Part shown: positions 40,414 to 50,555 of the stretch, one piece after another
Position numbering within the stretch: the first letter of the stretch is position 1
Layout of the letters: each line of letters starts with the position of its first letter
From: an uncultured Gemmatimonadales bacterium
GTDB lineage: Bacteria > Gemmatimonadota > Gemmatimonadetes > Longimicrobiales > Longimicrobiaceae
Length of the DNA: 64,000 nucleotides
Assembly (NCBI GenBank): GCA_963716255.1
Contig: OY970303.1
Span: forward strand, 2,816,001 to 2,880,000
Direction of reading: 5' to 3'
Translations under genes and position numbers: made by a program
Notes under the pieces: model-generated
What the model saw: the letters and a program-made list of their open reading frames with translations, nothing else
What the model was told of the DNA's origin: nothing
Databases searched by the model: none

Positions 40414-40824
40414 TCACGACCGCGGAGCGACCTCTCCACCCGCTCCGGGCCGCGCGTTTCCTGAGCTGCCGCTCGCCGACAGCCAGGGTGCCGAAACGTC
40501 GATCATGACCACGGAGCCGAGATAGAGCACGCGCGGCAGCTCCTCCACACGCTGCAGCCGCTCCGTGACTTCCGCCAGGCGAAGCACTTCGGACTGGATC
40601 GCGCGCGCTGACTCCCGCCCCACCGCATCGAGCCCGTTCGTCTCCGCTAGGACCTGAGCGTTCGCCAGCAGCGCCGCGAGCGCGTTGTTGACCTCGTGCC
40701 GGATCCCCACCGCGAGCTCCTGGAGCGCACGCGTCCGCTCAGTCCGGAGGAGCGCAGCCAGCTCCTCGGGGTCGTGCGGCGGAGCCACCAGGCCGGCGGG
40801 GAGAGGTTCAGCCGGGGAACTCAT
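40414..40824 (-). CDS. Stand-alone HisKA (phospho-acceptor) domain protein
   Basis: LAVGIRHEVNNALAALL H-box; no ATPase domain. Confidence 0.7.
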   Translation of the reverse strand: MSSPAEPLPAGLVAPPHDPEELAALLRTERTRALQELAVGIRHEVNNALAALLANAQVLAETNGLDAVGRESARAIQSEVLRLAEVTERLQRVEELPRVLYLGSVVMIDVSAPWLSASGSSGNARPGAGGEVAPRS

Positions 40825-41038
40825 TCAGGGTGGTGTATGGGGGATCCTTGGGGAGCACAGCCCGATACGTCCGGGCATGCACCGGAGCCAGACCCGAACC
40901 CTATCGTTGCCAGCGCTGGGGCGCACTACTGGATTGTGGCTCGTTCGTTGTGGTGGTGGTTCGTGGCGGATTTGGGGCGGAGTGGTCATCTTAGCCTCTC
41001 GCGGCCACAACTCCCCAACCCACGAGAAAGGAACGACC

Positions 41039-41287
41039 ATGCGGATCCTGCGCGCACTTCTGGCCACCTGCATCCTCGGCAGCTTCGCCGCCTGCGAGCC
41101 TTCGCGGGCGACTATCACCGCTCCGGACCAGGCTCGCTTCGACAACGGCTCCGGGTTCGGCTCGGGGCACCGGGCCCTCTCCGACAGCACCAGCAGCACG
41201 ACGGCCGCTCCCTCCTCCACGGAAGGAACGGCCGGGGACACGACGACGACGGAGCGAGGCGGGTCCGGCTTCGGCTCCGGCCACTGA
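41039..41287 (+). CDS. 82-aa secreted/lipoprotein precursor peptide with duplicated GSGFGSGH
   Basis: AAGGA RBS; signal/lipobox (FAAC); NGSGFGSGH and terminal GGSGFGSGH-stop. Confidence 0.8.
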   Translation: MRILRALLATCILGSFAACEPSRATITAPDQARFDNGSGFGSGHRALSDSTSSTTAAPSSTEGTAGDTTTTERGGSGFGSGH

Positions 41288-41290
41288 GGG

Positions 41291-42607
41291 TCAACCCGCT
41301 GGGGGATCTCCTCCGGCGGGCCAATCATGCGGAGCCTGCGGGCGCCGCTCCTTCCACATACGCAACCTGGCCGCGAGACGGCGCGCAAGCGCCGCGACTT
41401 CCTCCGGAGCCGGTGCCTCGTCGGGCACCGGCTCCTTAAGTTCGATCTCCTTGAGGACCGCGCGCGCACGACGTACCTCGCCACCCTCGTTTCTGCGCTT
41501 CGCGGTTTCCGCCGCCATTCGGGCGAAGCGTACCGCCCGTTCGTCGTCTCCCAGGAAGCGGGCGCCGTGGGCCAAGCTCACCAGCGCCGCGGCCGCATGC
41601 TCCTCGTACAGCCCGACCAGCTCCAGCGCCTTGCGCTCCGCGTCCCGGTAGCGCTCCGGCTGGGCAGCACCCGCAGCGGCCTGGGCGAGCGTCGACCACA
41701 CCAGCGCTGCTTCCTCAGGCCGCGGGAAGGCTGGCGGGAGCTTGCGCAGCATGGACAGGGCGGGTGCGTAGTGCCGCTCGCGCACGAGCAGGACGGCGCA
41801 GTCGTGCACTAGGTACGGGATGCGGCGGGCTCGGAGCGGGTACAGGCTCTCGGCAAGGCGCGCGTGCTCCTCGGCCTGGGCGAGGAGACCCATGTCCATG
41901 CACAACAGGATCAGGTCGTGATGGGCCTCCGCGGCCGTGTGGCGGCGGCCGGTCCGGGCGGCGAAGCGCGCAACCCTCTCGAAGTGAGGACGGGCGCGTT
42001 CGTAGAGCCCCAGCCCGTAGAGAAGCGAGCCGTAGCCGAGCAGCGCCCAGACGATCTCTCGCCGGTTCTGGACCCTGACACCGAGCCGGTGCGCGCGTTC
42101 GTACCAGGTGACGGCACGACGCGACAGAGCGGCACGTCGGCACAGGCGTGCCGCCTCGTTCGCATTGGCGGGGTCCTCCGGGTTCACCAGCGCGGCAGCC
42201 TCGGCGTAGTAGGCCGCCAGCTCCAGGAGCGACTCCTGCTCGGCCCATCGGTACACCAGATGGCAGGCGTGAGAAATCTGGGAGCTGTCCGGGATCCCGG
42301 GCGCGGTCTGCAACAGGTGGAAAGTTCCCAGAGCCTCGGTCAATTCGGGGGCCTCCCTCCGCGCCCGGAGCACGCGGCCCCGTGCCTCCTCGGTCGGCGG
42401 CCCGAACAGCCCGGCCCGTTCCTCAGCCGGGACGTTCGCCCACAGCCAGATGTCGCCCAGGGTCTGCCACAGCACGAGCCAGAGGTCACCTCCTCCGGCG
42501 GCCACCCCGTCGAGCGACCGGGTGGTGCTCGCCACGTCGGGCGCAGGCGGGGCCGGTGGGATGCGGTGGGGGCGGCCTTCGCGCTTCGGTGTTCTCTTGT
42601 TCCCCAT
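41291..42607 (-). CDS. TPR-like all-helical protein (candidate peptide receptor)
   Basis: ALLGYGSLLYGLGLYERARPHF, AEAHHDL, MGLLAQAEEHARLA and LGDDERAVRFARMA repeats. Confidence 0.72.
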   Translation of the reverse strand: MGNKRTPKREGRPHRIPPAPPAPDVASTTRSLDGVAAGGGDLWLVLWQTLGDIWLWANVPAEERAGLFGPPTEEARGRVLRARREAPELTEALGTFHLLQTAPGIPDSSQISHACHLVYRWAEQESLLELAAYYAEAAALVNPEDPANANEAARLCRRAALSRRAVTWYERAHRLGVRVQNRREIVWALLGYGSLLYGLGLYERARPHFERVARFAARTGRRHTAAEAHHDLILLCMDMGLLAQAEEHARLAESLYPLRARRIPYLVHDCAVLLVRERHYAPALSMLRKLPPAFPRPEEAALVWSTLAQAAAGAAQPERYRDAERKALELVGLYEEHAAAALVSLAHGARFLGDDERAVRFARMAAETAKRRNEGGEVRRARAVLKEIELKEPVPDEAPAPEEVAALARRLAARLRMWKERRPQAPHDWPAGGDPPAG

Positions 42608-42851
42608 GCTCTTCCCGCGAATGATCGGCCAAAACGAACATTACGCGACACAATAAAGTGGACGAAGAATACGCGCCATACTCATTCGTCGCGTGGGCGG
42701 CATCAGCCGCCGCTGACCAGGATCAGGCCGGAGCGGGAGAGGGTCGGGAGCGGTGGGGTCGAGGGAGGAGGGGGCGTACGGATCGGCTCGGCAGACGCCA
42801 GCGGCCGGGCGGGCACCGACGGAGGGACCAGCGGCTCGGGGAGAGCTTTGT

Positions 42852-43283
42852 TCACGGCTCGATCTCCTCTTCGAGCCAGCCGGCGACCTCGCGGCCTGCC
42901 TCACCGTGAATGGCCGCCAGCTCGCGCGCCAGGCGCCGGCGCGCCTCGCCCCGCATCTCGTAGGGCAGGTCATGGACGAGCAGCACGAGCGCGACGGCTC
43001 CGGGCGGCGTCCAGATGGGCGGGCGGCTCTCGACCCAGTCACGGAGCCGCTGCTGAACAGGGTGGGAGGGGATGCTCAGGTCCTCGACGAACTTGCGGAG
43101 GCTTCCCCGGGAGATCCCGATCTCCCGCGCGAGATCCTCCTGCCTGCTGTGCACTCGCAGGTCGCGCCGCACCACGCGGCGGATCCGCTCCAGCAGGTAC
43201 AGCTCCAGGAAGATGTTCAGGTCGTGCTCGGGCGCGAGATCCGGGCGCACCCGCTCGCCGGACAGGTATCGTGTCGGCCGCAT
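42852..43283 (-). CDS. HTH (XRE-like) DNA-binding protein
   Basis: SRQEDLAREIGISRGSLRKFV; AGGAG RBS. Confidence 0.65.
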   Translation of the reverse strand: MRPTRYLSGERVRPDLAPEHDLNIFLELYLLERIRRVVRRDLRVHSRQEDLAREIGISRGSLRKFVEDLSIPSHPVQQRLRDWVESRPPIWTPPGAVALVLLVHDLPYEMRGEARRRLARELAAIHGEAGREVAGWLEEEIEP

Positions 43284-44229
43284 GGCTCCTCACGGTGCAA
43301 GGTGAACGTGCCGCGAAAGGAACGTTAGCATGCGGTCAGGAGCCCGGCAGCGACGGTTCATGGCCCTAAATGCTTGCGCCGGGCCCACGAGCTGGCCCGG
43401 CAAGCTCCCGGAATACAAAGTAGACACCTGGGCCCACGGCGCCTCCCGTCGCGAAGAACGGCAGTGGGTTGGAGCGCCTTGAATCGCGATCGGCGGGCCA
43501 CGAAGATCTCCCGTGGGCCAATTCCCGGCCTCCGCCGCTGCGCTCCGGGCCCAGCCACGGGCACGGATGCGCCATGACGCTGGCCCGGCGCCTGGCCCAC
43601 AAGAGGTGCCGTGGACAAAATGGACAGGCGGGCCTGGTCCGGGGGTGGATGTGGCGGTCGGACAGGGGCCCCGCGAGCGGGCGGCTGGGCCCCCGGGGCC
43701 CGGCTGGAGCTGCGAGAGGAAGAACGGGGCCCAGGAGGAGAGGGAATCAGGCCCCGGCCGAGGAGCTGCGTGCCGCGGCGAACGCCGGCTTGGGAAACTG
43801 GCGGCTCGCCACGCGTACTACGGGGGCTGCCGTCGGGCACCCGGGGATGGGGTCACCCTGGACGGGCCCGCCGTGCTTCGGCCTTCGCCTCCTCCGTCTC
43901 AATCTTGCGACGAAGCGTCGTCGCCGAATTGCGGAGGTGAGTACGCGGCGCCAAAAGATGCTCGCGCACAAGCTCACGGTCGCGCTTGGGAAGTCGGACT
44001 GCTCTCCCGATCGCCAGGTCGAGCAGCTCGAGCGCTTGGTCTGCGAGCTGCTGAATGTCGTGGATACGTTCCTCGGCGGGCTCCCTCATGTGAATTCGCG
44101 CAGTGTGGAATGGCCTGTCCTTTTCCACACGATACACAATGCGACAGGGGGCGGCAGTGGTGGTTCGTGGCCGTTTTCGGCTGGCCGTCCACCTGAGCGG
44201 AAGTCTCCATGTCAGCATCCCCGGATCCC

Positions 44230-44370
44230 GAATGGACCCGTCCTCGCACTTCTCCACGACCGGGTGGCACTCTCGAGCGGATCCGCATGCACCCTCTGTG
44301 CAGAGGTCCCTTCCCACGTCCTCTTGGCGATCGGCCTGGATGAGGAGTTAGTGGAAGGGTGCGGTCACGT
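44230..44370 (+). pseudogene. Cysteine desulfurase (IscS/DndA-like) C-terminal remnant
   Basis: VALSSGSACT...PSHVLLAIGL active-site loop without the rest of the enzyme. Confidence 0.6.
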
Positions 44371-44504
44371 ATTTGGAGTCCCACGCGAACCACACCCTTT
44401 CTGTTCTTCATCTCCTCGGCCTGAGGGGGGGCGGACGCTCAGTCCCGGAGGTGACCGAGATTGCCGAAGGTGATCTAGGGGGAGACGGGAGCGTCGGGCT
44501 AGGG

Positions 44505-44612
44505 TTTACCCCATCCTGACGTCACGCAGTGCCCACCCGCCTTGTCAAGATAGACCCCAAAAACTATTTTCCTGACACCTCTCCTCCCGGGTCTTAGACT
44601 TCATCCTGACAC
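44505..44612. promoter_or_regulatory. Probable res site of the resolvase
   Basis: Three TCCTGAC repeats plus TGTCAAG/GTCTTAG half-sites directly upstream of the resolvase. Confidence 0.55.
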
Positions 44613-44621
44613 GTTCGCCGC

Positions 44622-45179
44622 ATGCACGGACAGCGGATCGGCTACGTTCGGGTCAGCACGATCGATCAGAACCCGGAGCGGCAGCTGGACCAGGTGATGG
44701 TGGATCGCATCTTCACCGACCACGCCTCGGGCAAGGACACCGAGCGCCCCCAGTTGGAGGCGCTCCTCTCCTATATCCGCGAGGGTGATACGCTGGTGGT
44801 CCACAGCATGGACAGGCTGGCCCGGAATCTGGACGATCTCCGGCGCCTTGTTCAGGGGCTCACCCGCCGCGGCGTGAAGGTCGAGTTCCTGAAGGAAAGC
44901 CTCACCTTCACCGGCGACGACTCACCGATGGCGACGCTGCTGCTCTCGGTGATGGGCGCGTTCGCTGAATTTGAGCGGGCACTCATCCGCGAGCGGCAGC
45001 GAGAGGGGATCACGCTCGCGAAGAAGCGTGGTGTCTACCGAGGCCGCAAGAAGCTCCTGTCGGCTGAACAGGTTGGGCACCTGCGTGAGCGTGTGGCCGC
45101 CGGAGAGCCCAAGGCAGCGGTGGCCCGTGCGTTCGGCATCAGCCGGGAAACTCTTTATCGGTACTTGGAAACGAGCTGA
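44622..45179 (+). CDS. Serine resolvase (Tn21/Tn501/Tn5053 TnpR-like)
   Basis: IGYVRVS, SMDRLARN, FAEFER and C-terminal HTH GISRETLYRYL. Confidence 0.93.
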   Translation: MHGQRIGYVRVSTIDQNPERQLDQVMVDRIFTDHASGKDTERPQLEALLSYIREGDTLVVHSMDRLARNLDDLRRLVQGLTRRGVKVEFLKESLTFTGDDSPMATLLLSVMGAFAEFERALIRERQREGITLAKKRGVYRGRKKLLSAEQVGHLRERVAAGEPKAAVARAFGISRETLYRYLETS

Positions 45180-45797
45180 AGACCGTCCCGGCAGGAATTT
45201 TACTCTGCGATTCTCGAATCGTGAGCGGACACTGAACAGCTAGCTTAGGACCCCGAACCTTCCCCCACGAGGCCGGTTCCACGTCGCGGACAAGGATGAG
45301 CTTGGGGAAAGCGTTCAACGATTCTTCGAGGTGAGGATCCGTGCGGATGATTGTTAACCCACCCGCGCCTGGTGACCGTTTTGCGTAACGTAGGATCCGC
45401 GTGCGGGAGACCTGCGTGCTGATAACCTGTAAGCGGGTCGGCAGTGTACAGCTCGGCTGCGTGCAGCTCTCCCGCGAACAGGAAACCAGGCGCGTACTAA
45501 ATAAGGAAGGTAGTAAAAAGGAAGTAGTAGTTGATGGTGAAGACGCGCGCGTAGCTCGCCGACCAGAGGATCCATCGTGGTGAAGCATCCATTTCTGCGC
45601 GACGGGGATCTTGGCTCGGGTGCTCGGACCAGTCAGAGCCAGGGACGGTCACCCGCCATTGGGGAAGGAAACCAGGTGCTACCAGGACCAGCCAGTTCGC
45701 TCTGCATCGATAATCCAGGCTCCTCGCCATAGTTCTGGCAGCATGGTACAATCCAGGGGAGCAGACTCAGATCCTCACCTCCCCGGAAGAACCCTGG

Positions 45798-46397
45798 ATG
45801 GGAGCCATCACGCCACGGCAGCGCCAGGTCCTGGACTATGTGGAGCAGTTCGCCCGGGAGAACGGGTACCCGCCCAGCCTGGAGGAGATCGCCAGACACA
45901 TGGGCTTCTCCTCGATCTCCAGCGCGCAACAGCACGTCAACGCGCTGGTCCGGCGCAACTTTCTCCGGCGGGACCCGAATCGCCCCCGCTCGCTGGAGGT
46001 GGTGCGGCCAACAGAGGAGGCCCGCGAGCTGCCGTTGCTTGGCTATGTTGCGGCAGGCGAGCCCATCGAAGTCGTCGAGCAGTCGGAAACCTTCAGCACC
46101 TGTCCCGAGCTGCTGCGGAGGGGAGACTACGTGCTTCAGGTCAAAGGCAATTCGATGATCGAGGAGCAGATTCGGGACGGGGACTACATCGTGGTGCGTT
46201 CACAGGAGACCGCCCGGAACGGCCAGGTCGTCGTCGCGCTCGTCGGGGGTACGGCTGCCACGGTCAAGCGGTTCTTTCGTGAGCGCCGCGGCCGCGTACG
46301 ACTCCAGCCCGCGAATCCCGCTCTGGAGCCGCTGGTGCTCAGGGCGGAGGAAGTCTTGATCCAGGGGGTCGTGACCGGAGTCATTCGGATGCTGTGA
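45798..46397 (+). CDS. lexA: LexA repressor
   Basis: TPRQ...GYPPS wHTH, VAAG cleavage site, GNSM (Ser) and TVKR (Lys). Confidence 0.92.
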   Translation: MGAITPRQRQVLDYVEQFARENGYPPSLEEIARHMGFSSISSAQQHVNALVRRNFLRRDPNRPRSLEVVRPTEEARELPLLGYVAAGEPIEVVEQSETFSTCPELLRRGDYVLQVKGNSMIEEQIRDGDYIVVRSQETARNGQVVVALVGGTAATVKRFFRERRGRVRLQPANPALEPLVLRAEEVLIQGVVTGVIRML

Positions 46398-46551
46398 ACG
46401 GCTACACGAGAATGCTGGTGGTGAACAATCAAAGTCGGGTGGTCACTTTCACGTATTCACAGAGTTTTCCAGGGGGTTCTCCAGACTGAAGTCAGGTAGT
46501 GAAAATAGGGTACCGAGTGTCCTGCTGAGTCACTGGAACCAGGAGAGAGGC

Positions 46552-47427
46552 ATGGCTGCCGAAGTCACCTCCGCGACACGCTTCTACACCGATGTTTTGG
46601 GCGCCGAGCTGCGTAACCCGCGGTGGTCGTGGGGCGCCTACGACCCGGTGACGGACCGCCTCTACCTGCGGGTGTGGGAGGACGAGGTCGTGGAGGATAA
46701 CGGGAATCCCTTCGTGATGGTGCTGCGCAACGCAGGCCGCCCCGTGGCCGGTCGTTCCGAGCGACAGCGTCACCTGAGCCTCGCAGCCGCTGGCGCCGAA
46801 ACCTACGGGGTCCTATGCACGCCTGATGGTCCCCGCCGCACCGACCGGCCCCGGAAGATCCGAGACTTCGATCGTAAGGCGCTCCTCCGTCTTGGGCGCA
46901 TCGTCGAGCTTCCGAACGGGTTGTACGCCGAGATCCTTGAGCGCGTCCCCCTGCAGCAGGTGATGCGCGCCCCCTCCGGTGCCGCTGCCCTCCAGGCGGA
47001 CCTCCGCGCCATCCTGCGGGAGAAGGGCCTGACGACGACCGAGCGGGACGCGCTGGTTAGTGCCCGCGTCGGGCAGGGTGCGTTCCGCATCGCGGTACTT
47101 GCGCATTGGGAGAGGCGCTGCGCCGTTACCGGCTGCGGCACACTGGAAGCGATCCGCGCGTCCCACATCAAGCCGTGGCGGCTGGCGACCAATGAGGAGC
47201 GGCTGGACCCCTCGAACGGACTTCCACTCGTGGCGACGCTCGACGTGCTCTTCGACGCCGGGCTGATCGCCTTCGCGAGCGATGGTTCGATGCTCGTCTC
47301 CGAGCGGCTGCCTGCCGCAGATCGGGAGAAGCTCCACCTGCATGGATGCCGCCTCCGCCGGCGCCCGGACGCACCTATGGCTGCACACCTCGCCGAGCAC
47401 CGCGTGAGGGCCGGATTCCCTGCGTAG
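46552..47427 (+). CDS. HNH endonuclease with N-terminal recognition domain
   Basis: ARVGQGAFR, CAVTG, ASHIKPW, NGL and FDAGLI. Confidence 0.85.
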   Translation: MAAEVTSATRFYTDVLGAELRNPRWSWGAYDPVTDRLYLRVWEDEVVEDNGNPFVMVLRNAGRPVAGRSERQRHLSLAAAGAETYGVLCTPDGPRRTDRPRKIRDFDRKALLRLGRIVELPNGLYAEILERVPLQQVMRAPSGAAALQADLRAILREKGLTTTERDALVSARVGQGAFRIAVLAHWERRCAVTGCGTLEAIRASHIKPWRLATNEERLDPSNGLPLVATLDVLFDAGLIAFASDGSMLVSERLPAADREKLHLHGCRLRRRPDAPMAAHLAEHRVRAGFPA

Positions 47428-47937
47428 TCATTCTACGTGTGGCCCAACAGCTGGTCACGTTGCGAAAAACGGTGGGAGGCAGCGCGTGTCCCGCCGCCCG
47501 CATGGCTTGTGTACGGGGGTAGCGGGACACAGATTGCGGCAGGACTTGGAACGCGAAAATTCGGCAGCGTAGCTCCTTCGCATGAGATTGGCGATTTCCG
47601 GGCCAGGTAACTACAGCGGGTTAGATGGAAACTGGGCCGGGTTTGCAGTTCTGTTACTTCTCCTAATGTGTTGTTCTCCCAGCTTGGGTGGAAGATGTGG
47701 GCCGCGTGATAGATGGAAATCTCGCTGCTTAACATATAGTTCGACTGCAACAAGATTCGGTACGCGTTCTTAATTCTCTGGTGTGGCTAGCGCATGCGTC
47801 CCGCAACGGCCTTGTCGGTGCGCCGGCTACGACATCGGCTTGCGGCAGCAGGTCCACAGGTCACTGCAACATACCCTCTATCTCTCGCTCCCGGTCCGGT
47901 GCAGTCCAGCGATTTCACCTACGAAGAGAGGCTGACC

Positions 47938-48342
47938 ATGGGATGGTTTTCGAGAAGTACCGAGTGTGACCAGTGCGGAAGCAACAATCACGCGACCGCG
48001 GACTGCCCGCATGAGACGCACCTCTTATCCGCGGATGATACGGAGTGTGACCAGTGTGGAAGCAAGGACCACGCGACCGCGGACTGCCCGCATGAGACAC
48101 ACCTCTTATCCGCGGACGACGCCGAGTGCGACCAGTGCGGGAGCAGAAATCACGCGACTGCAGACTGCCCGCACGAGAAGCATATCTTCTCGGCGGACGA
48201 CGCCGAGTGCGACCAGTGCGGGAGCAGAAATCACGCGACGTCAGAGTGCCCGCACGAGAAGCATATCATCTCGGCAGACGACACCGAGTGCTATCACTGC
48301 GGCAGCAAGGAACACGCGACGGCCAACTGCCCGCATGATTGA
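47938..48342 (+). CDS. Protein of five tandem CCHC zinc knuckles
   Basis: 5 x CxxCGSxxHATxxC on a 27-aa / 81-bp period; GAGAGG RBS. Confidence 0.8.
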   Translation: MGWFSRSTECDQCGSNNHATADCPHETHLLSADDTECDQCGSKDHATADCPHETHLLSADDAECDQCGSRNHATADCPHEKHIFSADDAECDQCGSRNHATSECPHEKHIISADDTECYHCGSKEHATANCPHD

Positions 48343-48450
48343 AACGGAAAGTTGAACCGCTCCCGCGACCTAGGTCCGCGTGACCCGGACAAAGGTCCCC
48401 CTGCGGAGCGCTGACGCCCTATGTTGGCTGGGGCCACTCGCGCGCCTGCG

Positions 48451-48552
48451 GTCTAACAATCGGCTGCAGGGCATGCGGGGGCCGGGCATGTTTCCGGACG
48501 GACGAAAGTCTTGCGCGCCGGTCCCGCACCCCTGACCCTTGTGTGGTTGGGC
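48451..48552 (+). other. attC-like site
   Basis: GTCTAAC..CTGCAGGG..TGCGGG...CCCGCA.CCCTGA..GTTGGGC. Confidence 0.65.
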
Positions 48553-48609
48553 CGACGCGTGCTCTGCCGACCGTGTCTGTTTGCTTGACTGACGACTAAC
48601 GAAGAGCCA

Positions 48610-49515
48610 ATGAAAGACATCGCGTTCGACGTACATAGCCACGTCGAGGTGACGCGGTGGGGTAGAGCGAAAGAAGACAAGGGCTTCACACTGCGCGCCT
48701 CCACCGACTGGCAGTTTGCCCCAGCGAGCAGCACCGCAATCAGGCGCAGCCCAGGGAAATTAGTCCGGTCGTTCCGCGAACTCGCGTATCACGTGGCTCA
48801 GCTCTCGGCCGCCAATCCGCGGCTATATCCGCTGTATCGAGGTCAGCATCTGGACTTCCTGAATCGCGCCGGTGGTTCGATGTTGTACCCCACCATCCTT
48901 AGGCTCCCTGTGGGCAAGTCCAGGCTTACGCGGTCACGAATCGTCCAGCGATTTGAGCACTTGAAGAGGGTGGTACGGCATCTGCGCCAGCGTGTGACAG
49001 TGAGTCGATGGCAAACACCCCTGTCGGCTCACACGGAGTACTGGTGGTCGCTGATTCAGCACTATGAACTCGCGCGCACTCCACTCCTCGACCTCACTCA
49101 AAGCCTGCGGGTCGCGTGCACCTTCGCGCTAAGCCACCGAGATGCGTGGGGTGCTGCCAACAGCGGGTTTGTCTTCGTCCTTGGGCTCCCCAACGCGCCC
49201 GCGTGTCTAGCCCCCATGGTGGATGAGGAGATGGTGGTGGTTCGGCTTCAGAGCGTTTGCCCACCAGACGCCCTGCGCCCTCATCTTCAGGATGGGTACC
49301 TCGTCGGTCGATGGCCGCTTTCCGGAGAGAAGCTGAAAGGCGACAACGCAGCGTACCGGATGATCGGCAAGTATCGTTTGGACAATTCGGCCGGCAAGTT
49401 TTGGTCCGATGGGTTCGAGGCGATTCCGTATTCAGCGATTTACCCACCAGACGACTCATTCGGCGAACACCTGCGAACCGTTGCAGCAGAGTTAATTAGC
49501 GCAGCTTCGGAGTAG
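48610..49515 (+). CDS. FRG-domain protein
   Basis: LYRGQ, LIQHYELARTPLLDLT and QDG. Confidence 0.8.
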   Translation: MKDIAFDVHSHVEVTRWGRAKEDKGFTLRASTDWQFAPASSTAIRRSPGKLVRSFRELAYHVAQLSAANPRLYPLYRGQHLDFLNRAGGSMLYPTILRLPVGKSRLTRSRIVQRFEHLKRVVRHLRQRVTVSRWQTPLSAHTEYWWSLIQHYELARTPLLDLTQSLRVACTFALSHRDAWGAANSGFVFVLGLPNAPACLAPMVDEEMVVVRLQSVCPPDALRPHLQDGYLVGRWPLSGEKLKGDNAAYRMIGKYRLDNSAGKFWSDGFEAIPYSAIYPPDDSFGEHLRTVAAELISAASE

Positions 49516-49539
49516 TGACTTCACCATCGTTGGAGTGCC

Positions 49540-49637
49540 GCCCAACGAATCGTTGCAGTTGACGAAGCGGCGCACCGTCCCAGCGCGGCAGCTGAGCTCC
49601 AGCCCTGCCGCTTCGCAACTAAACATGGTAGTTCGGC
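49540..49637 (+). other. attC-like site
   Basis: GCCCAAC..TTGCAGTTGACGAAGCGGC...GCCGCTTCGCAACTAAA..GTTCGGC with extrahelical bases. Confidence 0.75.
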
Positions 49638-49743
49638 GGCAACACGCAGAGTTCTCAGTTCGATAACTCCCCGCCGCCATGCCACGGTCTCCGGACTCCA
49701 AGTAGCGGCCCGTTGCGGGTACACAGCTCCCAGACACATCCCA

Positions 49744-50514
49744 ATGCGCGAAGACTTTACGCCGGCCACCGTCAAACGCATCGCTCAGAAGGCGATGTAT
49801 ATCTGTGCGAACGAGGGCTGCCTGCGCTTCACTGGCTACGGCACGACAGAGGGCAATGCCCGCGCGATCGCCGACGCTGCACACATCGCCCCAGCAAGCG
49901 CAAGCGGGCCCCGTGCCTCGAGCGGAGGCACCGCCGACCCACGGACAGACGAAGCCAATGGGATCTGGCTTTGCAAGATCTGCCATAAGAAGATCGACGA
50001 CGATCCAGGGTACTACCCCGATGACCTCCTTCGCCGCTGGAAGCGCGATCAGGAGGAAGTCGTCAGGAGGATCGTCGGAAAGGACATCGAGGCGGCGCTC
50101 CTTGAGCTCCGGAACGCCAAGCGGTACCACCAAGAGTGCCGAGAGGTACTAGCCTTCTTCGACACCAAACGGGTGTTCTACGAGGGGCTAGATCACGAGT
50201 TTCCCCCTCGTGTTCTCGCGTCTATAGACCTGATCCGCGCGCGGATCGGTGACGTGCGGGCGCGCGTCGCACCCGACTCTGAGCTGTTTGTTGTGCTCGG
50301 CGAGATGCAAGACGCTGCAAAGCGGTTTCTCAAGAACATCGGCAAGGAAACCGACCTGGAGTCGCTCCGGTGCGACTCGCGAGATCCGAGGTGGCTGCGG
50401 TTCTCGGATGAATTACAAAAGTTCCGGCGCGAGCTGAACATCCTGTTGCGCCCACTGGCTGACACTTTGGGTTATCGACTTACCTGGCTCTTTGATGCGG
50501 ACGACGCCGTTTGA
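49744..50514 (+). CDS. Zn-binding HNH-type nuclease domain protein
   Basis: CANEGC, AAHIAPASASGPR and NGIWLCKICHKKID. Confidence 0.78.
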   Translation: MREDFTPATVKRIAQKAMYICANEGCLRFTGYGTTEGNARAIADAAHIAPASASGPRASSGGTADPRTDEANGIWLCKICHKKIDDDPGYYPDDLLRRWKRDQEEVVRRIVGKDIEAALLELRNAKRYHQECREVLAFFDTKRVFYEGLDHEFPPRVLASIDLIRARIGDVRARVAPDSELFVVLGEMQDAAKRFLKNIGKETDLESLRCDSRDPRWLRFSDELQKFRRELNILLRPLADTLGYRLTWLFDADDAV

Positions 50515-50555
50515 GAAATCGCGGGTTCGCCCTCGCGGAGTTCGGAGCGCCTGCC

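Noticed and set aside
45240..45600. Purine-rich stretch resembling the remnant of a replication initiator or origin
   Set aside because: No iterons or coherent ORF can be supported
47962..48340. 81-bp periodic repeats as a CRISPR array or DGR template
   Set aside because: No unique spacers, cas genes or reverse transcriptase; the period is an in-frame protein repeat
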